A stretch of 64,000 nt of DNA, taken from the human T2T-CHM13v2.0 reference genome, Homo sapiens. The stretch lies in the NCBI RefSeq assembly GCF_009914755.1, contig NC_060925.1, one strand, 5' to 3'. Position numbers and translations under genes: made by a program. This document shows positions 39,550-56,275 of the stretch, one piece after another. Within the stretch, counting starts at the first letter, position 1. Each line of letters opens with the position of its first letter. Below the pieces are notes generated by a model. It made no database searches, was not told where the DNA came from, and saw nothing but the letters and a program-made list of their open reading frames with translations.

Positions 39550-39958
39550 AAGTGTTCAATTAGAAAAAAAAATCTATTATAGATACTCCAAGCAGGAAAT
39601 AATCTACTATACTGACCTCATACTGCTGAAATGGCTAGAGGGGTAGGAGGATGCTACACAATAATCAGGAAACCACATAAATCTGTTGGTAAAGCTACAG
39701 CTGCTAGTAATGCATATTGAAACACAAGACAGCCACTGCAAAAGCCCATGCTTTTGCATGTCACTACTTCTGATAGAAGAATTAAACATACCTCGCTTCC
39801 TACTTTTAAGTATCATATGAACATCTTTCATTGACCTACTCTAAACAAGAACATTGATAGCAAGGAATTCTGGGAAATGTAGTTTCCAAGCTTCCAGCCT
39901 CTATCATACAGGAAATACCAAGAAAGCTACTGAATACCGGTAGACAGATAACTGGCAC
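39550..39958 (-). mobile_element. Probable 5' LTR of the ERV-L-type provirus (old MLT1/LTR33-like)
   Basis: Abuts decayed PBS-like 'ccattcttggta'; contains 'gcaaggaattctgggaaatgtagtttcc'; ends 'ggcaca'. Confidence 0.6.
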
Positions 39959-39959
39959 A

Positions 39960-41080
<1,121 letters not shown>

Positions 41081-41124
41081 AAAAGACTGAATGGGAAGAA
41101 AGCAAATAGAGGCACAAGCCATAG

Positions 41125-41292
41125 CTTGGTGTGTCTCAAACTTTAATGTACATATAAATTACCCGAGGATCTTATTCAAATGCACCTACTGCCTCAGTAG
41201 ATCTGAAATGGGATCTGAGATTCTACATTTCTTTCAACCTCCCAGATGATGTCAAGGCTGCTGATCCACAAACCATAACTTTGAGTAACGAA
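41125..41292. mobile_element. MER5-family MITE
   Basis: 'tctcaaactttaatgtaca...ggatctgagattctacatttct...ctcccagatgatgtc...ctttgagtaac'. Confidence 0.8.
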
Positions 41293-41439
41293 GATGTATA
41301 CTGTTCTTTGTCTTAGGGAGACAGAAAGAGAAGTAATTAGATGAATACCAAGGATAAAAGTGGGGTTGTAATTGTGAGAGGTTACCCTCTTTCCACTCTA
41401 TATTCTGCCTGAAAATGTATGCATGCTTTAAGTTTTTTC

Positions 41440-41715
41440 TGTGAAACTTTCCTGAAATTTCTCCCTCTCACTCCCACCATCAGCCCCAAGCAAATTAATT
41501 ATTTCCCAGCTTGGAAGCTCCCAGAAAAATCTATAAGAGCACTTGTCTCATTGTATTGTTATAGTTGTTATCTTGTCTGCTTCCCCCAATAATTGTAGGA
41601 ACATAAATCCTGGTTTCTTTTCCTAAACTGGTGTAATCCTTGAATTTAGCATAAATATCTGAAATATCGAAATTTAAATAAATGCTTAGGAGAAACAAAT
41701 CATTAATGAGTGAAC
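41440..41715 (+). mobile_element. L2 3' end
   Basis: 'agagcacttgtctcattgtattgtta...tgtctgcttccccc' and decayed tail. Confidence 0.65.
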
Positions 41716-41946
41716 ATAGTCACAAATTATAGTCACTAGAATTGTTTGGAAGACAGGTACATGCTCATCGGTGATATTATAGAAGGAATTTTAGGTGGCA
41801 AAAAGTAGATGACCATATAAATCCCCTCCTAAGAGCCTATGATTCTATACCCTGGATGTTATGAAATAGTAATAATAACATTGCCGTGGGATATTTGTTA
41901 TCGTGTTTTCATGCTTTCAGTAATTTATTTTGAGGAATTTTTAAGC

Positions 41947-42248
<302 letters not shown>

Positions 42249-43739
42249 TAAGCTTTTAATACACCTGGTTACAGCCAATCCCCTAAGTACTGAGAAAAAA
42301 AAAGAATGTAGAAGTAGGCTTAGGAAACTATACAAGGTTTTAGCCATCAAAGTTACTCTGGCAAGTTTCAGATCCCATAAACAAAACTGACCTCAACTTG
42401 GCAGCCGCTGCACCCTAAATTATGGGGCTGAAAAGGCCAACACTCATTCTAATTAGGATGATAACCAGCTGTTAGAAATGAGCAACTGAGCCTAGAGAGG
42501 GTACACTGCCAGCCCAATTTTTAAATAGCAGGAAGTTAATTAAAATAATAAGAAAAGAGCGATAAGACACTGATATATTGTTCCAGCTAGTCCTGGGAGG
42601 TAGAAAGTGCTGACCTCAGATGGATGTATCATTCCACATTTTGGGTTTAAGGTTACAAACGTCTGCAAATGTGGGAGTAAATGATAATGATTAGAAAAGA
42701 AATTAGGAAAAAATAAAGCATTGGAAGAGAAAGGAGCTGGGGCAGCCAATGATCTGTCATCTGCCAAAATTTAGACTTCAATTTGTATTTCAAGGTCTGG
42801 AAGGGAGCTTTTAGATCAGTTATTAGTGAGTGGATACTATTCCGGGATGCACATTAAAATCACCTAGATGCTTTTAAATAATTACTGATACTCAAGTACC
42901 AAAACAAGGAATTCTGATGTACCAGGTTTGGACTGGGGTCCAGGTCTCAGGTCATTAATTTGCCCAAGATCACTCAGCTTTTAGTTAGTTGCAGGCTAGT
43001 GATGATCATTGTTGGTATCCGGGTCTACTGACTCCCAATTTAACACATGCTTTCTTCTACCCTCTACAGTGACCACTCCCTGATATGCTGCAGATGCAAT
43101 TGAGTAGCAGCTTCATTCCACATTTCTCCAACATCTTTCATGGTGAGGTCAAGAGCATATTCAAAACCATGTGTGGCTCAGTCCAACTGGAGAGACCAAG
43201 TCAAAGAGCCTCATTTCCATAAGGTAGAATCTTGTCCATACCTCTTCACTCACAACACAGACCAATCTTGCAGAAGCCAGGAGGTTCTGAGTAAGGTCTG
43301 CATAAAGAAATAATACCATAGTTTCCAATTGGCCAGTTTCGTTCTCTAACCAAACAGCTGCTGCCTGCTTACTGAGTGTGCATGCCCACGCACACTCACA
43401 CTGACTGTAACTCACCATCAGCTGTAACCAGGCAGTTCTCTCAAGCCATCTGCAGCTGGGCAAAAACCTAGAATGATTAAGTCATTGATAGAACACCACT
43501 TTCCTAAAAATGGCAATACTTAAATACATCTAATCCTGATCAATACCTTGATATTCTATATCATACATTTAAAAATCAAGTTGCCTAATTATTTTAAATA
43601 TATTCCAAATGAACAAAAACACATTATAACTCCAAATCACCATGTTACCACCACCATGGCATGGAACCTTCCTGTCCACTCCAGAAGGCAGTTTTGTGCC
43701 CTCCTGGGCACCTGTGTCGCAGCCTAGAGACACTTAGAC

Positions 43740-43925
43740 ATCCACCGGGATAGTCCCAGGGCTCAGCTTTGTTGTTTCCATGTCTCAGTGATCACTTTTC
43801 TTTGTTGCCTGATGTCTCAACATTTTGAAAACTGCTGTTTCACATATTTTGTCTGGTTTTCTAGTTGCTTCAGACAGGAGTTAACTACAGTCCTTATTAC
43901 TTTGTCTTTCCTGAAAGCAGAAGTC
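43740..43925 (-). mobile_element. Old L1M 5'-end fragment
   Basis: 'tgaaaactgctgtttcacatattttgtctggttttctagttg...gaaagcagaagtc'. Confidence 0.65.
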
Positions 43926-44102
43926 TTTTAACTAAAGAAGGGTAGATATTAAATGTATCATCTTTAGAATTTGATGAGAAAGTAAAATTGCTTCCTCACT
44001 GTCCTCACCGGATTCACAGGGGGAAATGATTCAGAGGCTTTTGCCTTTACCTCCTAGAGCATGTTCTTGCAACTGTTGGGCTAGTCTTATCTGGCCAAAC
44101 TC

Positions 44103-44582
44103 TGTTACTAACAGAATGTCTAGTTATTTTGCAGGCACAGAGTTAAGAAGTGGCAAGTTAACACAGCCAGAGCATGCACAGAAGAAAACTTCGACCTCAA
44201 ATAACACCTAGAACCAAAGTCCCTACCGCAGAACTAAAAGATTGGGATGTGGCTGGAACTCAAGCACCTAAACACTTTCAAAAGTGAGCAGTTCGTTTTC
44301 TAGGAATGTTCACTGATAAGACCCTTCCCCTTGCCTTACCATAAATAGTTACTTAAAGATCCTCCAATAATAAAAACCTCCCCTGCCAGTGCTTCTGCAT
44401 ACCAATCTACCCTCCTTAACTGATAAAACTTGCCGCAAATCCCAGATTAGAGAGACAGATTTGAGTTATCCTCCTGTCTTCTTATAGATGGACCTCACAA
44501 CAAATCTTTTCTTTCCTCAAAAACTGGTGCCATATCATTGGCTTCTATGTGCATCAGACAGCAAGCCCATTGCTCAATGACG
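44103..44582 (+). mobile_element. ERV1-class solo LTR (MER90-like)
   Basis: Starts tgttac; 3' part 'gagacagatttgag...ctggtgccatatcattggcttctatgtgcatcagacagcaagcccattgctcaatgac'. Confidence 0.7.
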
Positions 44583-44592
44583 TTCTGACTAC

Positions 44593-44768
44593 TACATTTC
44601 CTCAGTTCTAAGATGTCAAGTGCAAGACACATTTTTCATCTAAAAGTCATTTTAGAGGGTTTGGTGAGAAACCCAGCACACTGAAAGTACACCAAATTGT
44701 AAGGTGCATCTTTATTTCAGAGATATTAGCTTATTAACAACTACTCATCTTAAAATTGAGGAAATGTG
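44593..44768. mobile_element. TcMar-Tigger-like MITE
   Basis: ~23-bp TIRs tacatttcctcagttctaagatg / catcttaaaattgaggaaatgtg. Confidence 0.75.
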
Positions 44769-44926
44769 ATTTCCTTTTACCTTTGAATTTTTGTCACCTA
44801 TAACAAAACTTCCCTTGTTGCAAACAAACCTGTAGAAGGGATAGCGTTACTGATATGGCAAACAGACATGCCACAACTCTAAGATCCCAAACCTTCTAAA
44901 TGGTGATCAGATCGGTATGAGTACTT

Positions 44927-45053
44927 CAGTCATGCTGTGGATAAGAGAAACTTCTGTGGACCTTTCTAAGATCCCTATCTGATTCTCTATCAGTCATGTT
45001 GTGGACAAGAGAAACTTATGTGGACCTTACTAAGATCCCTATCTATTCTCTAT
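44927..45053. repeat. Tandem duplication, 2 x ~64 bp
   Basis: 44927-44990 vs 44991-45053: 4 substitutions and 1 indel. Confidence 0.97.
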
Positions 45054-45218
45054 TTATAAAGCATTCTTTGAGTGAAAAAAATTGTTTCCAGGCAAAGAGA
45101 AAATAACCTTCTTTCCTGATCCTCTAGAACTCTCTTTGTTACTTTGGTGACAGTGTCTGGAGTATATGAAAGAAGGGAATTCATGATACAGAGAGGATTT
45201 CACTCCCATCTGTTAGAT

Positions 45219-45398
45219 TGGTGGTTCTCTAGTGCATCAGAATTACCTGGAGGGGATGTTATCCCACACATTTTGGACCCCACTCCAGAGTTCCAGAAGT
45301 GGTTAAGGTAGAGATGGGACCCCAGCATTTGCATTTCTAACAAGTTTCCAGGTGATGCTAAGGCAGCCAGTCCTGGAACTGCACTTTGAGAATCACTG
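45219..45398. mobile_element. MER5A
   Basis: 'gtggttctc...gcatcagaattacctggagg...tttgcatttctaacaagtttccaggtgatgct...ctttgagaatcactg'. Confidence 0.9.
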
Positions 45399-46279
45399 CT
45401 GTGGAGGCTTATTGGCCACAGGCCACGTGGTTTGCAAGAGGATAGAACTCCCTGTCTTGGGGACATCTGTCTTTTAGATTTGGTGATAAGCATAGGTTGA
45501 CCTTTGTATGGATAAGGCATTCATAAGTCAGATGTTTCCATCCTTAAGGACCCATGCTTATCTGTCCTACAGTTTTAACACAGTTTACCTATTTGCTTGT
45601 TTTGTTGTTGTTGTTGTTGTTTTTAAAGAATGAGTTTTAGATGATCGTCTTCCATTACTAAACTTCAGAGGAATAAAGTATAGGTTGCTTTTATCCAAGG
45701 GAAGAGAGGATGCTTAGCCAATTATTTCTTCCAATAGCTTTTGTTTTTATTATCTTGTCATTCAATAATCAATAGCCAGTGAAGAAAAATGAAAATTGTT
45801 GACTTCTGGAAGTCAGGAGTACTTTTATTATTACATACTGTTCATGACAGTTTTTAAAACAAATCTCATACAGTAACAAATAATCCCACTAGCTGTGTAT
45901 AACCCCTAAATTGTAGGACGAAATAGGCAACCGCAGGAGATTTGGAACCCACACGTTTCCCTCACCTCCTCTCCACAGGGCTTTGCCTTCCAGTGTCTAC
46001 TTGGCCTTCCAGTGTCAGACAGCTTCTTGCACCTGACCCACCCAGCTGAGGACACAGATGTCAAAAAAAAAATCATAAATACAGAATTCCAGAAAATTTT
46101 ACCAATATGTTATATTTGCTGTGGTTGCTTTATAGATTTTTAAAAATTATTGGTCCAGTAACAGGTCTGAAATTTAACCCTTCTCCTGCTTTTGAAGCAT
46201 TTTTTAGGTAAGTAGTTTTCATGCTTTGATGTATATCATCAGAATTACCTGGGTGGTGGATCTGGAAATGTGTATTTTT

Positions 46280-49023
<2,744 letters not shown>

Positions 49024-50894
49024 TCTGGAAATTTGTATTTTTTAACGATTCTTCTGAATGATTCTGATGAAGACCAAAATTAAAGGGCCATTATTCCAGA
49101 CTCATCATTTGCCACTCACCTCAACTTAGCCACTTGCCTCCAATTATAGCATCTTAGATACCAATAGGGACTCTTTCCCCTTTACCTCACTTCACAGCGA
49201 AACATTTTGGTCTTTAAATTTTCACCACTTATAATGAGCAATCTATTTGAATAGGAGGGTGATCTATTCCCAAAGGCCTAAAAGGGAGGTAAACATGAGG
49301 ATGCCTATATCTGAGGATGGGCTAAAGTTTATACTTGCAGCTTATGGACTCACTAATTTTTACAATTTGATGAATTCTTACTCACTGAAGTTTGATTCTA
49401 TGGGCCATGGTCATCTGGCCCACCTATCCAGGATCTCTCCATGTGAGGATAGCGGGTGCCATAGCTTTTGATTCACAATTCAGAACACATGATTTTTCTA
49501 TGAAATTATAGATCTTTAATAAATGAGAATGTTTAAGTCCATTTGTAAACAGCATAGCACACAATCTAGAATAAGGCTTAAAACTCGAGTAGAAAACAGG
49601 TAGTTTCACTATAAACATCAATCGTTGGACATTGACCACTGAATCCAATGCTGTTTCTCTTTTTTCTTCTAAGAAGAAACTTTCTACTTTCCTTCATGCT
49701 TCAGATGTTTGAAATCTCAGGGCCTGTGCAACCCACAACTTCCTGGAGACATCACTTCCTACACTCTTCTCAGGAGCTTCAGAGCATTTTATTGTTTTCA
49801 TAAAGAAGGGGTCCTTTACCTTCTTAACTCTCCTGATCACACAACCTGGTGCTCTGATATGTACCCAGGTCCTTCTGGAGGGGATTAGTAGTTCTGTTTG
49901 CCTCATGTTTCCTGTTTACTCTCTTTGAAAGTTCAGAACAGACAATCTTCATCATCATTATCACCTGGTTATACCATGTATACCTAAACATCTGCAGGTA
50001 TCATTAACTGCCTTTTTCCTGCCCCCGAAAAAGACAGGGTTTGTATCCTTGGCAATCAAGTTCCTACTCTCTCACTTACCATCTCCCATGTTTGGCAGCT
50101 CTGGGGAGCTGTGATAATTTTCACATTAATTCCTTAAAATCACCTAGTAATTGGCCCTCCCCTAAAACCACCTCTGGGTCGTTGTTTTTATTCCAGGTTT
50201 TGACCAGTAATTCCTAAAAAAAAAACAACTGTTTTTAACCTCTCCAAAATTTTAAATAGGTTTACAATAGAAACATTCTATGGGTTATAATGTAGTTTCT
50301 TCACAAGGTCTTAAAGAATCCAGCAAAGGAAAGCAAGGTTATACCTACTGCCTTTCCCTAAGGAAGATAACCAATCTTCTTTCTTTTCTGTCTTCGGCCT
50401 TGGTTTATGTGGAAATCCATTTGAATGGGGACTATATTTATCTATATGATCTGTCTTATGTATTCAGTTTGGGCTCACTGTGAGAGATGTATATACACCT
50501 GTCAAATTATGACAATTGGTTATTCTTGGCTGCAATGCTGACTTAAGTGATGATCTTCCTCAAGTCTCATAGATTTCTCACCTTGTAAAAATACTAGCCT
50601 ACTTAAATAGAAACACTGTGAGGATTAACTAATAGGTTGTTCTGAAAATGTCAATGTCTATAAACATTATTATTAATGAGTTAAATTATAAATATACATG
50701 TTGAAGTAAGCAAGCCCTTGATTTTAAACTCCAAAAGAATGCTAGTTTGAATAGTTTAATGTTGTTACTCCAGTGTAACACTAGATTTTTAAAAATCTAA
50801 GACTACATTTTGCCCAAGACTATGGCCAATACACATCAAATTGGTTTTTTGTTGTTTTGTTTTAATTACCTTTAATATTCACATTAAAGAATTT

Positions 50895-51345
50895 TCTAGA
50901 ATCCAAGACTAGGCAATCTTAAAGATCATCATACTTTTACCCGGAGTGGGGTTATAATTGTATAACCACTTAAAAATCTGGTCATTCAACCTCCCATTAA
51001 ACTCTAGAATAGCATTCTACTTCATATGAAGACCCTTTGAAGTGTTCAGTGAAAACTAATTGTTAGAAATGTCTTTCTGTAAACTGAGATGAATTCCATT
51101 GAATTCCTAATCTTTGGTCTGTGTTCTGGAGCTAAATCTTATCAATCTTCTCCATGACAGCCTTTTAACTATTTGATGACAGTCGTCAGAGCCACACGAG
51201 TGTTTTTTTTTCTCACAGCCCCCAGATCCTTTTTTCATCCTTAATGTGACATGGTTTCCTGAACTCAGCCTTCATCCTGTTTGCCCTCTCAAGACAGGCT
51301 GCAATTTCTCATGGTACCTTTCAAGCGTGGTGCAGAGGACTGATG
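50895..51345 (-). mobile_element. L3/CR1 3' region
   Basis: 'aattgttagaaatgtctttc...ccatgacagccttttaactatttgatgacag...tgacatggtttcc'. Confidence 0.8.
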
Positions 51346-51679
51346 ACAGAACCCTAGAAGTAGCCTCCGAGTGGGAACTAACACTGGGGCCCGCCTCCCT
51401 TCCTGTCCCCCTCCCACCTGCACAGGAGCCCAGCTGCAGGCAATGATAAGATGCTCTGCTTCTGGGCCCCGCTTCATTTCCTGCCTTCCAGCCAAGGGCT
51501 TCAACTGCAGACAATCAGAACTGTTCAGATCCTGGGGCCCCATTGTACATCCTTCCCCCTAAATCCCTGGGTGCCAAAGGTAGGTGCCAGTCAGCACCCA
51601 CCCCCTCACCCCCAGCAACTGGAGGCCCATGTCAGCTTCAGCATAAAAATCTCCTTATGCCCAAGGGCTCCTTGTTCAC

Positions 51680-51854
51680 CAGTAGTTCACCATCCTGACT
51701 GCACATTAGAAATCCCTGGGGGGCTTTTAAAAATATCAATACTGCTATACTACCCACAGATTCTGATAGAATTGGGCTGCTGTAGGACCCAGACATGATA
51801 CTTTTGAAAAGCTCCCGGGGAGTTCTAACGGACAGTCAGGGTTAAAATCCAGTG
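51680..51854. mobile_element. MER5-family MITE
   Basis: 'cagtagttcaccatcctgactgcacattagaaatccctgggggcttttaaaaata...agattctgat'. Confidence 0.8.
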
Positions 51855-53382
51855 AGGAAACCCGGATTCCTCCTGAGGCTATGAAAATGTTTTATCTCCC
51901 CTGCCCGACTTATCACCAAGTCAGTGGTGATTTCTCAGTCATCCAGGTCATTACTGTAGGCACTTAATATCAAATATTGAATGAATAAGTAGCCTCATGT
52001 TCCTTTGAGACCCACACCCTCTGTGAATGATAAGCTGTCTGCTTCTTCAACCTCATCATTTGGTGATCTCTTGTCAATTCTCTCATATTCATCATGAACT
52101 TTGGCTTGCCATCCTTCTCCTCCATCTTTTCATCACCTGCTTGGGGACCAGCACCCACACAGACTGTGTTTCCACATCCTGGCCTCCACTTCCTTGATCT
52201 CAACTCCAGTGACCTTCATCACCACCCCACCACAGACACCTACACCCAAGACCACACTCACACTTTGTCATCATTCAGAACATCTTCCCCTCTGAAATAT
52301 TAAATCCCACTGTTCCATTCTAACCATTCTCTGTCAAGCTCTCACTTTTTACTCCATCTCAATCATTCTTTTTTACCCCCTGGTCAAGCTTTAAGAAAGA
52401 GTGCTTTTCACTTTTTCCAATGCTTTCACTCTTTTCGGTGCTTTCCAATGCCCATTTTGCTATCTTCCACCTACTCCTCAACTCACTTCACTCTGTCTTC
52501 TCACCTCATCTTGTCACCAAAACTCCTTCTTCTAGGGATACTTCTAAATCTTCATTTACTGGAATGCTTTACAGCATTTAGTGCTGAATATAGTCACTCT
52601 CTCTTGAAACCATGTCCTCACCCAGTTCCTGGAGCCACACTCTCCTGCCTCACCTATCATCACCTATCTCACTTATCATTACTTTTCAATGTCCTCTGCA
52701 GGCTTCTCTTCTTCCACCAGACTCCTAAATGTTGCTGGTCCCTAAGACTCCAGTGTGGTCCCATAATGACATTTACATTTTTAAAAATCATGCCCATAGC
52801 TTCAAATACTGCTTTTAACAGGCAACTTCCCCAAATAAATATCTAGCCCAGACCCCTTTCCTGATGTATGAATTGAATTTCAGTTCAATACATATCTCCA
52901 AAAGAATATCCCACAATTCTTCTCAAATCCAGTGTATTCAAAACTGAACTCATCATCTTCTCTGATAGGAATTCTAAATCCAAAAGGGACTGCAAAGTCT
53001 ATCTGGTTCAATTTTTATCCTACAGCTTCAAGAACTCTCTAAGAACACAAGCATTGCTGCCCAAGAGCTACCTTGTGGTCCATTTAACTCAATATCTTCC
53101 TGATGAGACTTTTTGGATTAATCTCTCTCCTGAATTCCCTATCTGAGCATATGACACCATCTTCACCCACTTGCCAAAGCAAAGAACTTGAGAGTCCTAC
53201 TAATTTCACCTTTCTTTTAAGTCTACATCCAATCACCAAGTCCTATTACTTCTACCTCCTAAAAATCTCCCATTGTTCAAAAATATTTCTTGAGCATCTA
53301 CTATCTTCCAGGTACTGTTCTAGACTCTGGACAGAGTGGTAAATAAGAAAGTGAAACTTTGCCCTCACCATCTTCGTACTCA

Positions 53383-53984
53383 ATATCGATCAGGGTTTGA
53401 TCAAAAAAGCAGAACCACTCAGAGTGATAAGAGGTTTGGCATATGGATTTGACCTTATACAATCGTGGGAGCTGGTTAACAAGTTTATGTACAGCTGTTG
53501 CTTCTTCATTTGGTGCTGGCCTGAAGTCATCAGGGTAGGCAGTCAGGAAGGAAAGATGGACAGGAAGTGGGGGAGAGCAAGGACAAGCTGGAACCCAAGA
53601 GGACAAACTGGAATGAGTGTCGGTCTCTCATCGCCTCCAAGCTTTCAATTTCAATGATGTGGGTGACCTGCCAAAGATGCTGGCACCCTTTGTCAGGAAT
53701 CTAAACCCACGGCTGGCCCAGGAGTTGGACACACTGAAAGAGGAGAGCTGGCAGTGGTCACAGTAGCTGCAAGCCCAGCGGCTGCCTCATGCCAAGAAGG
53801 TGAGCCAGCAGATCCTGGACTATGCATGTGAGCTGCAGTAGCTCCTGATCCTATGCTGACTTCCTGTGACAATGTGGCTGCTGCCTCACTTCCCCCTTCC
53901 CAATCCTAACCATAGCCATCCAGGGAAAGGAATTCTGGGAAATCTGTTTTCAGTTAGCTAAGCTGACCTAGTGCAAAGCCACTC
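53383..53984 (-). mobile_element. MLT2F-like ERV-L LTR
   Basis: 'cagggtttgatcaaaaaagcagaaccact...gaccttatacaatcgtgggagctgg...gggaaaggaattctgggaaat'. Confidence 0.82.
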
Positions 53985-54171
53985 CCTGCATCGTCTCTCC
54001 CCTGAATCATGTGGCTCTACCTGCTGGTAATTGGTCCCACTCTAATCAGTCTTTCCCAGTGTCTTCAGGAGATGGTTCTAACACGCAACTCTGATCATGG
54101 TGCTGCCCATGATCAAATTCTCCACCACCTGTCCATCAGCAACAGCATGAAATCTAAACTCCTTTGCTCAA

Positions 54172-54636
54172 TGCATTAAAATTAGATATATCTGTAAGAG
54201 ACAGAAAACTCAAAATAACAGTTGTTTAAACAAAACAGAAATTTCTTTCTCTCTTGGGTAGAAATCTGGGTAGTGATTTATGGCTGCAAAGTTTTTCATG
54301 GCTTCAGGAACCCAGGATCTTTCTATCTTGTTTTGTATAGCCAACACTATTTGCTTTCCAGAATTTAGATGGAAATGGGGACAAAGACAAAGACGAGTAG
54401 AGAGAGAGAAAGAGGGAGAGATGCTGTCTTGCTGTCTGTCTTTAAGGGCAGACTCCCTGGAGCTGCTATGTGACACTTCCCTTTACAGAATTTAGTCAAC
54501 TGGCCATGCCTACATTCAAGGGAGCTTGGGAAATGTAGTGTTTAATGCAGGCGGCCTTGTGCCCTGCTAACCTGTCTATCACCAATTGAAGAGGGGAGAA
54601 AACAAATAATGGAGACAATTAACAGTCTCTCCCACA
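54172..54636 (-). mobile_element. MLT1J-like LTR
   Basis: 'gacagaaaactcaaaataacagttgtttaaacaa...gggagcttgggaaatgtagt...aacagtctctcccaca'. Confidence 0.82.
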
Positions 54637-55989
54637 CATGACATATAAGATTCCTCATCTCCTGTTCCTGCCAACGCCTCTAACCTCATTTCCTGCCCAT
54701 CTACCTTTCCTGTTTTAATAGCAAAACTAGAATACTTGATGTTTCACCCTACACTCCATAAACTAGTATAGTTTCCTGACTTTGCACATGCTGTTTTCTT
54801 GCCTAGAATCCCCTCCACTCACATGCTGGGCAAACACCTACTTATCCTCCAAGAGCTCATTGGCTATTTGCCTCAGATGTTCCATCCCCCTACACACCTC
54901 CTGTTTTCGAACAAATACCTATTAAAATTATTACATCATCCTATGACAATTGTTTGTCACCATGTCTCTCTCCCTTCTGCCTGAGTTTCTAGAGTGTAGG
55001 GACTGTCTTTTTAGCCCTGAATCCTAACATGTGGCCCAGTGTCCACTGCGTAATACATAGGAAATGTTTGCAGAATGAAGATATGCAGAGTACAATGGGA
55101 TTGTACTTTAATCAGTCCATATGTTGTATTTCTATGAATGTAGTCTGAAGCCAGCCACAGTCTTCTATGGCTGTGGAATTGCTACATATCTTTTTCTGTT
55201 TACTGAGACAGGATCAAGACAGAGACTTCCTGACAAACAAAAGAGCTTGCCTGAGGAGAGAAGTAATTGCTTATTTATCTCTTAAACACAGTACTGAGGG
55301 CAAGCACAGATGGCTCCCTAACTCTCCCTGTGCCTTTAGGAAAGAAGACAAAATGTCACAAGTCTAGAGCCAAAATACCATAGGATGCTTTAAGAAGGTT
55401 AAAAAAAAAAAGGGTCCCAGGTAATAACCAAAAAATCAAAATGACAAACATCTCTCATGGGTAAGACACAGAATTCTTCTTAAGGATGTGATAATGTTGG
55501 GAAAATGACCCTACGTCCCCTGGTAAATAATTTCTAACCTCTCTATAGCATCTCCTCTGAAACAGGAGGGCCTTTGAGATACAACTCTGTCCCCACCCTC
55601 ACCCCACCATATTTACTGTTCTTTTGAAAGGATATAAAAGCTCTTCCTTTGACCGCCAAATACTCAGAGGATTAGGGAAAACCCTTCCTGGCAATTATTA
55701 GTATTATAGCTATCATTATGTTTTGCTGAAAAGGAAATATGAAAAATATATTTAATAAAAGATATTTTAAGAGAAAACAAAAAACAGTTTAGAAAACTAA
55801 ACTGTCCTATCTAATGTGACATTCAGGGGCTCAAAAGTAGAGTGTTCAAGCAATTCTAAGCCTTGATTGTGTTCTCTTACACACCATTTAAAAGAACAGC
55901 CACAGGAGAACATCTTCTGAATTATTTTAGGTAACTATTGACAACCCTTTGCAAAGCCGCAGAGGCTGCTGGTGTTGGTGTAAACCAGA

Positions 55990-56275
55990 GTGCCCTTTAA
56001 ACCAGTAAATTCCACTTGTAGGAAATTACCCTACAGAAATCATCACTGTACACAAAGCTGCTTATAGTAAGATATTCACCTCATCATTATTCATGATAGT
56101 GGCAAAACTGGAAATAAATATCTCATAATAGAGAATCAGCAACATATACCATGCAGCTATGAAATGATGCCATAAAATATTTATTGTTATAAAAAGATGT
56201 TCGTGATGTTAAGGAAAAACATGAAGGTTATAAAAGAGATGATTTAGTATGATCCGAATTTTATTTTTAAATGAA
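55990..56275 (+). mobile_element. L1ME 3' fragment
   Basis: 'ccctttaaaccagtaaattccacttgtaggaaattaccctacagaaat...taccatgcagct'. Confidence 0.75.

Larger units (their letters stand above)
36940..39550 (-). mobile_element. Decayed ERV-L-type internal region (gag-pro-RT), interrupted by MLT1I and MLT1B
   Basis: Minus strand: 'tttggcctgtgcaagaagacagatggatcttggataatgacagt' (WPVQKTDGSWRMT-like RT motif); 'ttactgtatactgcctctgagatgacattact' (decayed LLDTGSELTLI protease site); gag-like sequence in ORF 38402-38701 and at 39113-39550. Confidence 0.85.
52060..55080 (+). mobile_element. Long L2 relic interrupted by an inverted L2 tail (~53272-53370), MLT2F and MLT1J
   Basis: L2 RT-region and 3' motifs ('cagcatttagtgctg...cactctctcttgaaac', 'ccaatcaccaagtcct', 'tttgcacatgctgtt...gcctagaat'). 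Confidence 0.78.
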
